Of a stretch of DNA of 64,000 nt, positions 55,402 to 64,000 are shown one piece after another. The position numbers were made by a program, and so were the translations under genes. Under the pieces are notes generated by a model. That model made no database searches and was not told the origin of the DNA. It was given only the letters and a program-made list of their open reading frames with translations. Numbering within the stretch: position 1 is the stretch's first letter; every line of letters starts with the position of its first letter. Source of the DNA: Minisyncoccota bacterium (GTDB lineage: Bacteria; Patescibacteriota; Minisyncoccia; Phycocordibacterales; UBA9973). The stretch is taken from the NCBI GenBank assembly GCA_041663185.1, contig JBAZQY010000002.1, positions 10,629 through 74,628 on the forward strand, read 5' to 3'.

Positions 55402-56721
55402 ATGGTGAAAAAAATAAAAAAGATGAATAAAAGAAAATTGGGTTTAAAGAAAAAGGTAATCAAGAAGAAAGCTTTAAAGAAAATTAAGAAAGTTACTTCT
55501 TCTAAGATCAAAAAATTAAGGAAAAAAGTTGTAATAAAAAAACCTAAGACGAAAATCAAAATAACTAGATCCAAAAAATCTTCAAATAAAAAGAATAATT
55601 CATCATCTTCTATTAAATTATCAAGCAAGCAGTTATCAGTAGAAAAGAAAATTCTTGAATTAGAAAAGAAATCAGATTTAATTGTTGAAAAAGGTAAAAA
55701 GAGGGGATTTATAACTTATGATGAAATCATAAAAATATTTCCTGACATTGAGAATAATATTCTATTTTTAGATGAACTCTATGAAAAATTATCGGTTTCT
55801 GGTGTTGATGTTTTGGAGGGTGGAAATTTGTTAGATATAGAAGGAGATACTGATAAAATGGCGCTTAAATACAGTAAAGATGCTCAAACATATGATTCAA
55901 TTCAAATGTATTTAAAAGAAATTGGTCAGTATCCACTGATTCCCGCAAGTGAAGAAAAAAACCTAGCATATCGTATTGAAAAAGGGGACATGGAAGCCAA
56001 AAATTTACTTGCCCGTGCAAATCTTCGTCTCGTTGTTTCAATTGCTAAAAAGTATGTTGGCCGTAGTTCTGATCTGACACTTCTTGATTTAATTCAAGAA
56101 GGGAATTTGGGTTTATTTAAAGCCGTTGAAAAATTTGATTGGACTAAAGGTTACAAATTTTCAACTTATGCCACATGGTGGATCCGTCAATCAATTACTC
56201 GAGCGCTTGCTGATCAATCACGTACTATTCGTATTCCTGTTCACATGGTAGAAACAATTTCTAAATATAAACAAGTTGTTCGCAGATTATCACAAGATCT
56301 TGGACGTGAACCGCTAATAGAAGAAATTGCTACAGAAATGAATTTAGAAGTTGAAAAAATTCATATTATTGAGCAAATCAATCAAGATACTGTTTCTCTT
56401 GAGCAACCAATAGGGGATGACGATGAGAAATCTACTCGCGGAGAATTTATTCCTGATGACAAAATTCTTCGCCCCGATCAAGATTCTTCACGTAGAATTC
56501 TTTCTGATCAAATCAAAGAAGTTCTAGATACCCTAAATCCAAAAGAGAGAAAAATTCTCGAGCTTCGTTATGGGCTTATGGATGGTATTCAGCATACCCT
56601 AGAGGAAGTCGGGCAAGAATTCGGGGTGACTCGTGAACGCATTCGTCAAATTGAAGCTAAGGTTCACGAAAAGTTAAGAAATAACGAAAAAATCGCCAGA
56701 TTAAAAAATTATTTTGATTAA
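55402..56721 (+). CDS. rpoD: RNA polymerase sigma-70 factor RpoD with Lys-rich N-terminal extension
   Basis: Regions 2-4 ([55 protein letters not shown]). The first ~80 aa are a K-rich low-complexity tail. Confidence 0.9.
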   Translation: MVKKIKKMNKRKLGLKKKVIKKKALKKIKKVTSSKIKKLRKKVVIKKPKTKIKITRSKKSSNKKNNSSSSIKLSSKQLSVEKKILELEKKSDLIVEKGKKRGFITYDEIIKIFPDIENNILFLDELYEKLSVSGVDVLEGGNLLDIEGDTDKMALKYSKDAQTYDSIQMYLKEIGQYPLIPASEEKNLAYRIEKGDMEAKNLLARANLRLVVSIAKKYVGRSSDLTLLDLIQEGNLGLFKAVEKFDWTKGYKFSTYATWWIRQSITRALADQSRTIRIPVHMVETISKYKQVVRRLSQDLGREPLIEEIATEMNLEVEKIHIIEQINQDTVSLEQPIGDDDEKSTRGEFIPDDKILRPDQDSSRRILSDQIKEVLDTLNPKERKILELRYGLMDGIQHTLEEVGQEFGVTRERIRQIEAKVHEKLRNNEKIARLKNYFD

Positions 56722-56725
56722 GATA

Positions 56726-56752
56726 AAAGCCATGTTTTACATGGCTTTTATA
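56726..56752. terminator. bidirectional terminator between rpoD and the convergent dsbA-like gene
   Basis: AAAGCCATG-tttta-CATGGCTTT followed by TAT-rich sequence. Confidence 0.55.
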
Positions 56753-56763
56753 GTGATTATTTT

Positions 56764-57483
56764 TTATAAATTGGTAACTGGGTCGGCTGAAGTTTTTAAT
56801 AACCCAAAAAGTAAGTCGGTATATTTCCAGAAAGCATCGTTACCTTTTATTTGAGCGATACATTCAGCCGCAACCAATTTTTCAAATGAATTTTGGTGTA
56901 TTGGCCAATGACGATAAACCCAGTTTACATTTCCAGCGGAATTATCTACAACCTTTTTAAGTGTTGTGTGGAAAGATTTACAATAAGGACATTCAAAATC
57001 AGAATATTCAATAATTGTTACTTGGGCTGTGGAATTTCCCCACACATGATCAGTTGCATCTACTGGAGGAATTTCACCTTCGTATTTTGTAGCTACAGTT
57101 CCAGACAATACTTCACTAATTGCTTTTTCAATACTTTCATAAGATTCTGCTCCCCGAATTTCTGTTTTGACACCATTACTTCCAACAATCACACTGTATG
57201 GAGTTCCTCTTTGGTCAGCAGGAACAGCCTTCATTGCACTTTCTACACTAGTTTGTATTTTATCTGCCAAGGATTCTGAATCAACTGCTTCTACACACGC
57301 AGCAAATTTTTCTTTTGAAACCCCCACTTGTTCTGATAATGTTTTTTCTTTTGTAACTCCACTGCCACCCATATTATTTGTTAATATAATACCAACCATA
57401 ACAAGAAAACCTGCAATGACAATAGCCACAGGTGTTGTTATTTTAAATTGTTTTGTATTTTCCATTCGTTTATTGTAGCACAT
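56764..57483 (-). CDS. DsbA-like thiol:disulfide oxidoreductase, N-terminally membrane anchored
   Basis: TM anchor. Thioredoxin fold with CPYC active site (ECPYCKSFH). Confidence 0.65.
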   Translation of the reverse strand: MCYNKRMENTKQFKITTPVAIVIAGFLVMVGIILTNNMGGSGVTKEKTLSEQVGVSKEKFAACVEAVDSESLADKIQTSVESAMKAVPADQRGTPYSVIVGSNGVKTEIRGAESYESIEKAISEVLSGTVATKYEGEIPPVDATDHVWGNSTAQVTIIEYSDFECPYCKSFHTTLKKVVDNSAGNVNWVYRHWPIHQNSFEKLVAAECIAQIKGNDAFWKYTDLLFGLLKTSADPVTNL

Positions 57484-57552
57484 CTTTATTGTTTAAAAAA
57501 TAGAGATTTAACATTGAAAAATATCGAGAATATGTTATACTGAGGTTTCATT

Positions 57553-58824
57553 ATGGAGTCGGCTTATACAGTCATATTTTATGTATTTTGCTTCATTTCT
57601 GTCTATGTACAGATATTTTTTTTGATAACCTTTCTTGAAAAAAGGCGTCAGATAGTTAAACATTCAGATGATTTTAAGTTATTAAATTATGGAACAGTTA
57701 CAGTTGCTGTTCCTTGCTACAACGAAGAGAAGACTATTGCCAAAACAGTTAAATCTCTATTAGCTCTTGATTACCCGAAAGATAAAATAAAAATCTATAT
57801 TGTTGATGATGGGAGTAAGGACAATACCTGGGAGGTTCTTCAAGAGTTCAAAGATGATCCAAATATATTCTTATTAAAAAAAGAAAATGGTGGAAAATAT
57901 ACGGCTTTAAATTTAGTTTTAGAAAAAACCAACTCTGAATTTTTTGGTTGCTTGGATTCCGATTCACTCGTTCATCCACAATCTCTAAAAAGAATATTAA
58001 GTTATTTTGAAAAAGATGCTCATACTATGGCCGTTGCTCCATCGATTATCGTTTACAATCCAAAAAATATTCTTCAACATGCACAAAATATAGAATATGA
58101 TATGTCTATTTATACCAAGAAAATGCTTGGTTTTATGGGGGGTATCCATGTTACACCTGGACCATTTTCAATTTTCCGCAAAACAGTTTTTGATGAATTG
58201 GGTCCTTACCGTAAAGCTCATAATACGGAAGATCAAGAAATAGCCCTTCGAATGCAAGAGCATGGATATAAGATTGATCATTGTCCTGATGCTTATGTCT
58301 ATACGATTAGTCCTGATTCCGTTATTAAATTGTATCGTCAGAGGACCAGGTGGATATATGGTTTCATCAAAAATCTTATTGATTACAGGCGATTACTTTT
58401 TAAAAAAGAATATGGAACTATCGCCTTATTTACCTTACCATCTGGAGTGATTTCGATTTTAGGAGTTGTTTTTCTATTTGTTAATATAATGGGGAACATT
58501 ATAAAATTTATTTATAATAAAATAATACAGATTAATACAGTTGGTTTAGATAATTTTTTTAATTTTAGTTTTAAATTTGATTGGTTTTTCCTCAATACCA
58601 AAGCGGCCTTGTTCTTATCTGTAATTTTGTATATACTAATTATTGTTTCTGTAATGATTGGAAGAAAAATGGTGAAAGGGAAATCAAGTTTTTCTATTTC
58701 CATTTTATATTTTGTCTTGATTTATAGTGTTATTGCCCCATTTTGGATTTTAAAAGCGATTTATAACGCTATTATGTCTAGAGAATCAAGCTGGACGCTT
58801 GAACGTCGATTGTCAAATAATTAA
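57553..58824 (+). CDS. family 2 glycosyltransferase, integral membrane (processive-type topology)
   Basis: DDGSKDNT, DSDS and QRTRW-like motifs of GT2. N- and C-terminal TM helices. Confidence 0.75.
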   Translation: MESAYTVIFYVFCFISVYVQIFFLITFLEKRRQIVKHSDDFKLLNYGTVTVAVPCYNEEKTIAKTVKSLLALDYPKDKIKIYIVDDGSKDNTWEVLQEFKDDPNIFLLKKENGGKYTALNLVLEKTNSEFFGCLDSDSLVHPQSLKRILSYFEKDAHTMAVAPSIIVYNPKNILQHAQNIEYDMSIYTKKMLGFMGGIHVTPGPFSIFRKTVFDELGPYRKAHNTEDQEIALRMQEHGYKIDHCPDAYVYTISPDSVIKLYRQRTRWIYGFIKNLIDYRRLLFKKEYGTIALFTLPSGVISILGVVFLFVNIMGNIIKFIYNKIIQINTVGLDNFFNFSFKFDWFFLNTKAALFLSVILYILIIVSVMIGRKMVKGKSSFSISILYFVLIYSVIAPFWILKAIYNAIMSRESSWTLERRLSNN

Positions 58825-58829
58825 AGTAT

Positions 58830-59546
58830 ATGCATCAACACGAACCAAATGATTGGAAAAAATATATTATAGTTCTTTTTATTACTTCAACAATATTTAT
58901 ATCAGGGTTGTGGATTTCGAATTATTTTAATAATAAAAAAATGGACCAACTCAAATCGATTGAAAGTAAAATTTCTCTTGATTTGATGTCATCCGAAACA
59001 CAATTCTCACTCCTACAAGAGTTATCTTGCAAAGATGTTTCGACAACCGTTTTATCCTCAGAATTAAATTCTCTTGCTGATAAAATCTCATATAGTGAAA
59101 ACAATATTGGAACAGAGAATGTAGATGTAATTAGTTTGAAGAAATATTATTCTCTTCTTGAAATAAAAGATTACCTATTAATGAAGCAAATTACAGAGAG
59201 GTGTGGACAGAAGTCTATCTTTGTTCTTTATTTCTATAAGAATGATAATTGTGATGATTGTACTAAGCAAGGTTATGTTTTAACTAGTTTGAGAGAAAAA
59301 TATCCTAATTTGCGTGTTTATTCTTTTGATTACGACTTGGATTTGTCAGCTATAAAAGCCATGATTTCAATATATAAAGTCCCTGACAATTTACCAGCGA
59401 TTGTCATTAATGGGAAAATTTACAATGGATTAAAAACAATAGAAGAAATTGAGAAAATACTTCCTGAACTTGAAAAGATAAAAGCCCAGGAAGAGAAAGC
59501 TTTAAAAACAACGACAAAAAATACAAACTCAATAATAAAAAATTAA
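58830..59546 (+). CDS. membrane-anchored thioredoxin-like protein (CDDC motif)
   Basis: N-terminal TM. FVLYFYKNDNCDDCTKQG ... KVPDNLPAIVINGKIY resembles a Trx/Grx-fold CxxC region. Confidence 0.4.
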   Translation: MHQHEPNDWKKYIIVLFITSTIFISGLWISNYFNNKKMDQLKSIESKISLDLMSSETQFSLLQELSCKDVSTTVLSSELNSLADKISYSENNIGTENVDVISLKKYYSLLEIKDYLLMKQITERCGQKSIFVLYFYKNDNCDDCTKQGYVLTSLREKYPNLRVYSFDYDLDLSAIKAMISIYKVPDNLPAIVINGKIYNGLKTIEEIEKILPELEKIKAQEEKALKTTTKNTNSIIKN

Positions 59547-59646
59547 TTCAAAAAAGCACGAGGAATCGTCACACATAAAATTCTGCTGAATTTTTGCGCG
59601 ACCCCGCCTCGCGCCGTCGCGCTCCGGCTTTCGAATCCTCGTGCCA

Positions 59647-59676
59647 AGAAAAAACACTCGTTTAGAGTGTTTTTTC
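59647..59676. terminator. bidirectional hairpin terminator (AACACTC-gttta-GAGTGTT between an A-run and a T-run) downstream of tRNA-Thr
   Basis: Read directly. Confidence 0.5.
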
Positions 59677-59682
59677 TTCAGG

Positions 59683-59755
59683 AGCCGGCACGAGGATTCG
59701 AACCCCGGACATCCACTTTACAAAAGTGGCGCTCTACCAACTGAGCTATGCCGGC
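59683..59755 (-). tRNA. tRNA-Thr (anticodon TGT)
   Basis: Reverse complement folds as GCCGGCA-TA-GCTCAGTTGGTAGAGC-G-CCACT-TTTGTAA-AGTGG-ATGTC-CGGGG-TTCGAAT-CCTCG-TGCCGGC-T. Anticodon loop has U33-UGU-A37. CC follows but no A. Confidence 0.8.
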
Positions 59756-59846
59756 AAACATTTTTTTATAATAAATAACTTTTGCTGACATAACTTTGTG
59801 TCTTGTCCACCAAGACAGCTATGCCGGCAATATTTATTGTTGTAAT

Positions 59847-60248
59847 TTATTCTCCATGCTCTCTTCGCACTTTTTCTCGGATGTGTTTTATCTTTGTTTT
59901 CAATTCAATAACTGACCTGTGGGTGAATAACTTTTTTGCCTTTTCACTATCTTTTTCAAGTTTTTCCATAAAAACTCTAATTTTTGGTAATTTTTTATCA
60001 AACCATCTTTTTGTTTTTGTTAAAACAATAAACCAATATTTTACTACCATTAACACAATCCATTGAATCGTATGTTTTGCTAAATATAGCATAATTTTTT
60101 CCGTGTGTCGAAAGTATATTTCGGGAAATATTTTTCTAAACTTAATCGGCAATGTCGCCCGATTTGTTTGGAGTTCCCATGCGCGAAACATCGTCATTCC
60201 AAACAAAGATATAAGTGCCAGTAAAAAAATTATGATAACGATTGTCAT
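59847..60248 (-). CDS. small membrane hypothetical protein
   Basis: ORF with one TM helix immediately downstream of tsf. No recognisable domain. Confidence 0.3.
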   Translation of the reverse strand: MTIVIIIFLLALISLFGMTMFRAWELQTNRATLPIKFRKIFPEIYFRHTEKIMLYLAKHTIQWIVLMVVKYWFIVLTKTKRWFDKKLPKIRVFMEKLEKDSEKAKKLFTHRSVIELKTKIKHIREKVRREHGE

Positions 60249-60249
60249 A

Positions 60250-61032
60250 TTAATTAATTGATTCGTAAATGAAAGATATTATCTTTGCATTATTATTTCC
60301 GAGCAAGGTGCCAACAGTTATTTCAGGATTTTTGATAAAGAATTGATCCATCAACGTTTGTTCTTTGAAATATGTAGAGATTTTACCATCTAACATTTTT
60401 TTCTTAATTTCTTCTGGTTTATCAGATTCAGCTACTTCACGCTCAAAAACTTCTATCACTTTCTTTTTATCCTCTTCAGTGATTTCATCTGCTCTAGTAA
60501 AGGCTGGTTTCATTGCCGCTATGTGCATTGCAATATCACGAGCTAATTCTTTTGTTCCGCCAGAAAGAGAAACAATAACAGCACTTTTATTATTGTGAAT
60601 ATAATTTCCTAGGACATTTCCAGTTAATTCTTCTACTTTACCTAATTCAATTTTTTCACCAACCTTTTGAACAATTTCATTGATCATGTCTATAGATTTT
60701 GATTTCATTATTTCAACTCCTTCCTGAATTGCCAAATCTGCCAGACGGTTAGCTAGGCTTACAAAATCAGCATTTTTTGAAACGAAATCTGTTTCAGTAT
60801 GAAGAGCCAGTAGGAGTGTTTTGTTTTCAGTTTCTTTAACAACAATAATCCCATCTTTAGCGTTACGTTCTGCTTTTTTCATAGCAATACTACTGGATTT
60901 TTTCTTGAGAATAATAAGAGCTTTTTCCATATCACCCTCTGCTTCTTCGAGGGCGTTTTTGCATTGCATAACGGATACTCCAGTAGCTTCTCGTAATTCT
61001 TTAACTTGATCTGCTGTTATCTTTATAGACAT
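60250..61032 (-). CDS. tsf: translation elongation factor Ts
   Basis: MSIKITADQVKELREATGVSVMQCKNALEEAEGDMEKA is the UBA-like N-terminus typical of EF-Ts. Follows rpsB. Confidence 0.85.
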   Translation of the reverse strand: MSIKITADQVKELREATGVSVMQCKNALEEAEGDMEKALIILKKKSSSIAMKKAERNAKDGIIVVKETENKTLLLALHTETDFVSKNADFVSLANRLADLAIQEGVEIMKSKSIDMINEIVQKVGEKIELGKVEELTGNVLGNYIHNNKSAVIVSLSGGTKELARDIAMHIAAMKPAFTRADEITEEDKKKVIEVFEREVAESDKPEEIKKKMLDGKISTYFKEQTLMDQFFIKNPEITVGTLLGNNNAKIISFIYESIN

Positions 61033-61081
61033 ATTTTTATTTTAGGCAATTGCCTTAGATTAAATTATTTTTTTCTTATAA

Positions 61082-61780
61082 TTATTTATCTGCTGATTGT
61101 GCACCACTTGAACCACTTGTGTAAGCTTCTTTAATTTTTAACAAAAAGAAAGAAATTGAAGAAATAGATGCATCGTTTGCGACAATAGGGAACTCCACCT
61201 GCTTCAAATTACAATCTGTGTTTAAGAGAGCGATAACTGGCAATTTCATTTTTTTAGCTTCTGTGACGGCGATGTGTTCTTTTTTAGGATCAATAACAAA
61301 TACAGCATCAGGAGTTTTGGTTATACCAGATAAGCCTTGGAAATTTCTTGTCATATCTTCCATTTCCTTATTAATGAGTAGTTGTTCTTTTTTAGTATAT
61401 TTATCAAGACCTCCTTTTTCTTTTTGATCTCGTAAATCTAAAAGTTTTACAATTCTTTTTTTGATTTCAGGGAAATTAGTCAATGATCCACCTACCCAGC
61501 GTTCTCCCACATATGGCATATTTAAAGCCAAAGCGGTCTCGATAATTTGCTGACGAGCCTCAGGCTTTGTGCCAACAAATAAAATTGTTTTACCACTTGA
61601 AGCTAATCGAGAAATCTCTCCGAGCGCTTTTTCTAGAAGTTCGTAAGTTTTCTCAATATTTATAATATCTATACCGTTTTTCGTAGTGAAAACATAAGGA
61701 GAAACTGATGGATGTCGACGACTTTTTGAATATCCATAATGAACTCCTGCTTGAAACATTTCTTCTATAATATTTTGCAT
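61082..61780 (-). CDS. rpsB: 30S ribosomal protein S2
   Basis: AGVHYGY..RRHP and VIDPKKEHIAVTEAKKMKLPVIALLNTDCN conserved S2 blocks. Confidence 0.9.
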   Translation of the reverse strand: MQNIIEEMFQAGVHYGYSKSRRHPSVSPYVFTTKNGIDIINIEKTYELLEKALGEISRLASSGKTILFVGTKPEARQQIIETALALNMPYVGERWVGGSLTNFPEIKKRIVKLLDLRDQKEKGGLDKYTKKEQLLINKEMEDMTRNFQGLSGITKTPDAVFVIDPKKEHIAVTEAKKMKLPVIALLNTDCNLKQVEFPIVANDASISSISFFLLKIKEAYTSGSSGAQSADK

Positions 61781-61889
61781 ATTTTAATTCTATGATTTCC
61801 GCCCTCAAAGCGGATCCACTTTTAGTGGAAATTAATTATAATTGTTCCGTTTTTAAGCATTCCAGCTTATTTACAAGGGTCTTTTAAAT

Positions 61890-61917
61890 AAAAAAACTCC
61901 TCACGGAACTAAGGAGT
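61890..61917 (-). terminator. rho-independent terminator on the minus strand after gene 61968..62399
   Basis: On the minus strand: ACTCCT-tagttccgtg-AGGAGT followed by TTTTTTT. Confidence 0.5.
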
Positions 61918-61967
61918 ATAATACCAGAAAAAGCATTATTTTGCAAATTTATAAGCAATTTCTATTT

Positions 61968-62399
61968 TTATAAAGTTAGGGGTAAAATTAAATAATAATA
62001 CGTTATTGCAATAACAAACCAGTAAACAGAGAAAAGGGGACATACAAGCCCCATAAAATTAAAAGGTTCTTTAAAATAGTCCCATAAAAAAGTTTTTTTA
62101 ATTTTTAGGTATAAATATCCCGTAGTAAATTCTATTATTGTGGGAAATAAAAATATTGCAATTAATTTAATAATTAATAAAGTATCTAAAAAATAGATAA
62201 AAACAAGGAAGGCTCCAGTTATGCCATACATTTGATAGTTTATTAATTTTGGGATTATTATTTTTTTTGTTTTAAAAGAACGGTAAGTAAATTCCAATAA
62301 AAATCCTATAATAAATCCTAGTAATAAATTTAAAATAATTTTACTAAGCATAATAAAAATTATATCATAATTTTTAGGTAGTTTTAAGATCTTACCCAA
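61968..62399 (-). CDS. small polytopic membrane hypothetical protein
   Basis: Four predicted TM helices. No recognisable domain. Confidence 0.35.
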   Translation of the reverse strand: MGKILKLPKNYDIIFIMLSKIILNLLLGFIIGFLLEFTYRSFKTKKIIIPKLINYQMYGITGAFLVFIYFLDTLLIIKLIAIFLFPTIIEFTTGYLYLKIKKTFLWDYFKEPFNFMGLVCPLFSVYWFVIAITYYYLILPLTL

Positions 62400-62425
62400 C
62401 TTTCGCTATCGCATTTTTGGGGTAA
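62392..62425 (+). repeat. 34-bp motif TTACCC-N6-yGCTATCGC-N6-GGGGTAA, upstream copy
   Basis: Read directly. Outer arms TTACCC/GGGTAA are inverted. The core GCTATCGC is shared with the copy at 62972..63005. Confidence 0.5.
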
Positions 62426-62444
62426 AGTAGTATAATATAAAAAT

Positions 62445-62936
62445 ATGAGCGTAGAAAGAGAGATTCTTGAATATTTTAATCGTGATAAACCAGCCATCAA
62501 ATATAAGGGGATAAGGGTTAATTTGATGGGTTTACCTGATTTTAAATACTATAAATATCAAACTCTTGCGAATAAATTCTCTATACTAAGCAAGAAAGGT
62601 TTTGTAAAGAAAATGCCCAATGGAGAATATCTTATAACAATTAAAGGAAGAGCCTTTTTAGAAGAGGGAAAAGATATTTTAAAAAAATTTGAAACCGATA
62701 AAAATAAAAATTCACCGAAGAATTTACTTCTTGTGTATGATATAGAAGAAAATAGAAAAAAAGAAAGAGATTGGTTTCGTTACCACCTAAAAAAATTTCA
62801 TTTTATAATGATTCAGAGAAGTGTTTGGGTTGGTCCATCGCCACTTCCTAAAGAGTTCTCTGATTATTTAAAAGAAATAAAATTGGGTGATAATTTAAAG
62901 ACATTTAAACTCTCAAAAGGGTATGGAGAAAAATAG
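62445..62936 (+). CDS. PaaX-like regulator paralog (wHTH plus Cas2-fold domain)
   Basis: LLLVYDIEENRKKERDWFRYHLKKFHFIMIQRSVWVGPSP has the same motif family as 31183..31734. N-terminal wHTH-like segment. Confidence 0.5.
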   Translation: MSVEREILEYFNRDKPAIKYKGIRVNLMGLPDFKYYKYQTLANKFSILSKKGFVKKMPNGEYLITIKGRAFLEEGKDILKKFETDKNKNSPKNLLLVYDIEENRKKERDWFRYHLKKFHFIMIQRSVWVGPSPLPKEFSDYLKEIKLGDNLKTFKLSKGYGEK

Positions 62937-62971
62937 TCCTTTTTTGTTTGTTTTTTAAACGATGATATAAT

Positions 62972-63005
62972 TTACCCGTTTTCTGCTATCGCGGAATCGG
63001 GGTAA
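62972..63005 (+). repeat. 34-bp motif TTACCC-N6-yGCTATCGC-N6-GGGGTAA, downstream copy
   Basis: Read directly. Same orientation and spacing as the upstream copy. Confidence 0.5.
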
Positions 63006-63119
63006 TTTTTATTAGTGAATTTTAATTTAATTTTTAATAACATATTTGAATTTTCACTATATTAATAATGGATATTTTGAATTGTAAAAATGCTATTTTT
63101 AGGGTAATATGGAGAATAT

Positions 63120-64000
63120 ATGAAACAATCACATTTGTTTACTAAAACCAAAAAAGAAAGCCCAAGCGATGAGGTTTCTCTAAATGCAGAGCTATTAATC
63201 AAGGCTGGATTTATAAATAAAGAAATGGCCGGAGTTTATTCTTATTTGCCACTTGGTTTGATGGTTATTAAAAAGATTGAGAATATTATCAGAGAGGAGA
63301 TGAATGCAATTGGTGGTACAGAAATGAAAACGAGTATTTTTCAGAATAAAGAAACTTGGGAGAAAACTGGCAGATGGAGCGATGACGTTGTTGATAATTG
63401 GTTTAAAACAAAATTAAAAAGTGGTGGAGAAGTTGGTTTATCATTTACAAATGAAGAAGCTTACTCAAACATTTTAAAGCAATATATAAATTCTTATAAA
63501 GATTTACCAATTTACCCTTATGACTTTAAAGATATTTTCAGGAATGAAACAAGAAGTAAATCTGGAATTTTGAGAGGCAGAGAGTTCTACTGGAAAGCTC
63601 TCTACTCTTTTTCTAAAAATGAAGAAGAGCATAATGAATTTTATGAGCGTGCAAAACTTGCGTATAAAAATATTTTTAATAGAGCAGGTATTGGACATTT
63701 AACTTACATGACTTTTGCCTCAGGTGGCACTTTTGCAAAATTCTCACACGAGTTTCAAACTCTGACTGGTGCTGGCGAGGATACTATTTATATTGATGAG
63801 GATAAGAATATTGCTATTAATAAAGAAGTTTATACAGATGAGGTCATTGAGAGTCTTGGTTTGAATAAGGATAGTCTGGTAGAGAAAAAAGCTATAGAAG
63901 TTGGCAATATTTTTTCATTGGGGACAAAGTTCTCCGAGCCATTTGATTTGAAATACAAGAATGAAAATGGAGAAGAAAAATTAGTTACAATGGGAAGCTA
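63120..64000 (+). CDS. proS: proline--tRNA ligase, 3'-truncated by window edge
   Basis: MKQSHLFTKTKKESPSDEVSLNAELLIKAGFINKEMAGVYSYLPLGLMVIKKIENIIREEMNAIGG matches the bacterial ProRS N-terminus. Frame is open to the window end, so it is absent from the ORF track. Confidence 0.75.
   Translation, partial: MKQSHLFTKTKKESPSDEVSLNAELLIKAGFINKEMAGVYSYLPLGLMVIKKIENIIREEMNAIGGTEMKTSIFQNKETWEKTGRWSDDVVDNWFKTKLKSGGEVGLSFTNEEAYSNILKQYINSYKDLPIYPYDFKDIFRNETRSKSGILRGREFYWKALYSFSKNEEEHNEFYERAKLAYKNIFNRAGIGHLTYMTFASGGTFAKFSHEFQTLTGAGEDTIYIDEDKNIAINKEVYTDEVIESLGLNKDSLVEKKAIEVGNIFSLGTKFSEPFDLKYKNENGEEKLVTMGS

Noticed and set aside
55278-55628. Minus-strand 116-aa ORF
   Set aside because: It is antisense to the Lys-rich (AAA/AAG) start of rpoD and the dnaG 3' end, so it is a composition artefact.
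59565-59650. A second, plus-strand tRNA in the GC-rich segment next to tRNA-Thr
   Set aside because: GCACGAGG and CCTCGTGC could pair as an acceptor stem, but no D-arm or anticodon arm can be folded. The 3' part is simply an inverted partial copy of the tRNA-Thr T-arm/acceptor.

Overview
This is a visibly AT-rich, gene-dense bacterial chromosomal segment. It looks like a streamlined Patescibacteria/CPR-type genome: short-form aminoacyl-tRNA synthetases, frequent TTG/GTG starts, overlapping stop/start codons, and many small membrane proteins.

Housekeeping backbone, in order: htpX, tRNA-Ser(GGA), rdgB-like, sufS-like, murI, a UvrD-type helicase fused to a Cys-cluster nuclease, pheS-pheT, gyrB, thrS, rpmF, a nusB-NUDIX fusion, rnc, smc-like, rnr, rpsP, khpA, trmD, rpoB-rpoC-dnaG-rpoD, tRNA-Thr(TGT), tsf, rpsB, and proS (3' end cut by the window edge).

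Accessory content:
(i) A complete diversity-generating retroelement (DGR) sits between rpsP and khpA-trmD. It has a target gene with a 122-bp variable repeat (VR), a downstream template repeat (TR) whose 16 mismatches to VR all have an adenine on the TR side, an Avd-like four-helix-bundle gene on the opposite strand, and a short reverse transcriptase with YADD and GxxxSQ motifs.
(ii) An ~11-kb cell-surface cluster (17992..28902) encodes a giant Thr/Gly-rich fibre-like protein, two paralogous secreted proteins, a DUF916-like anchored protein, a dockerin-bearing protein and three consecutive membrane-anchored cohesin-domain proteins.
(iii) An AbiEi/AbiEii-like type IV toxin-antitoxin pair is preceded by nested perfect palindromes.
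(iv) Two paralogous PaaX-like (Cas2-fold domain) regulators are each bracketed by two copies of a ~30-bp motif.
(v) There are several domain fusions (NusB-NUDIX, CapA-VanY, ferric reductase plus cytochrome b5), a G10 homopolymer, and a tRNA-Thr-associated repeat scar with a GC-rich insert.

No CRISPR array and no rRNA were seen.
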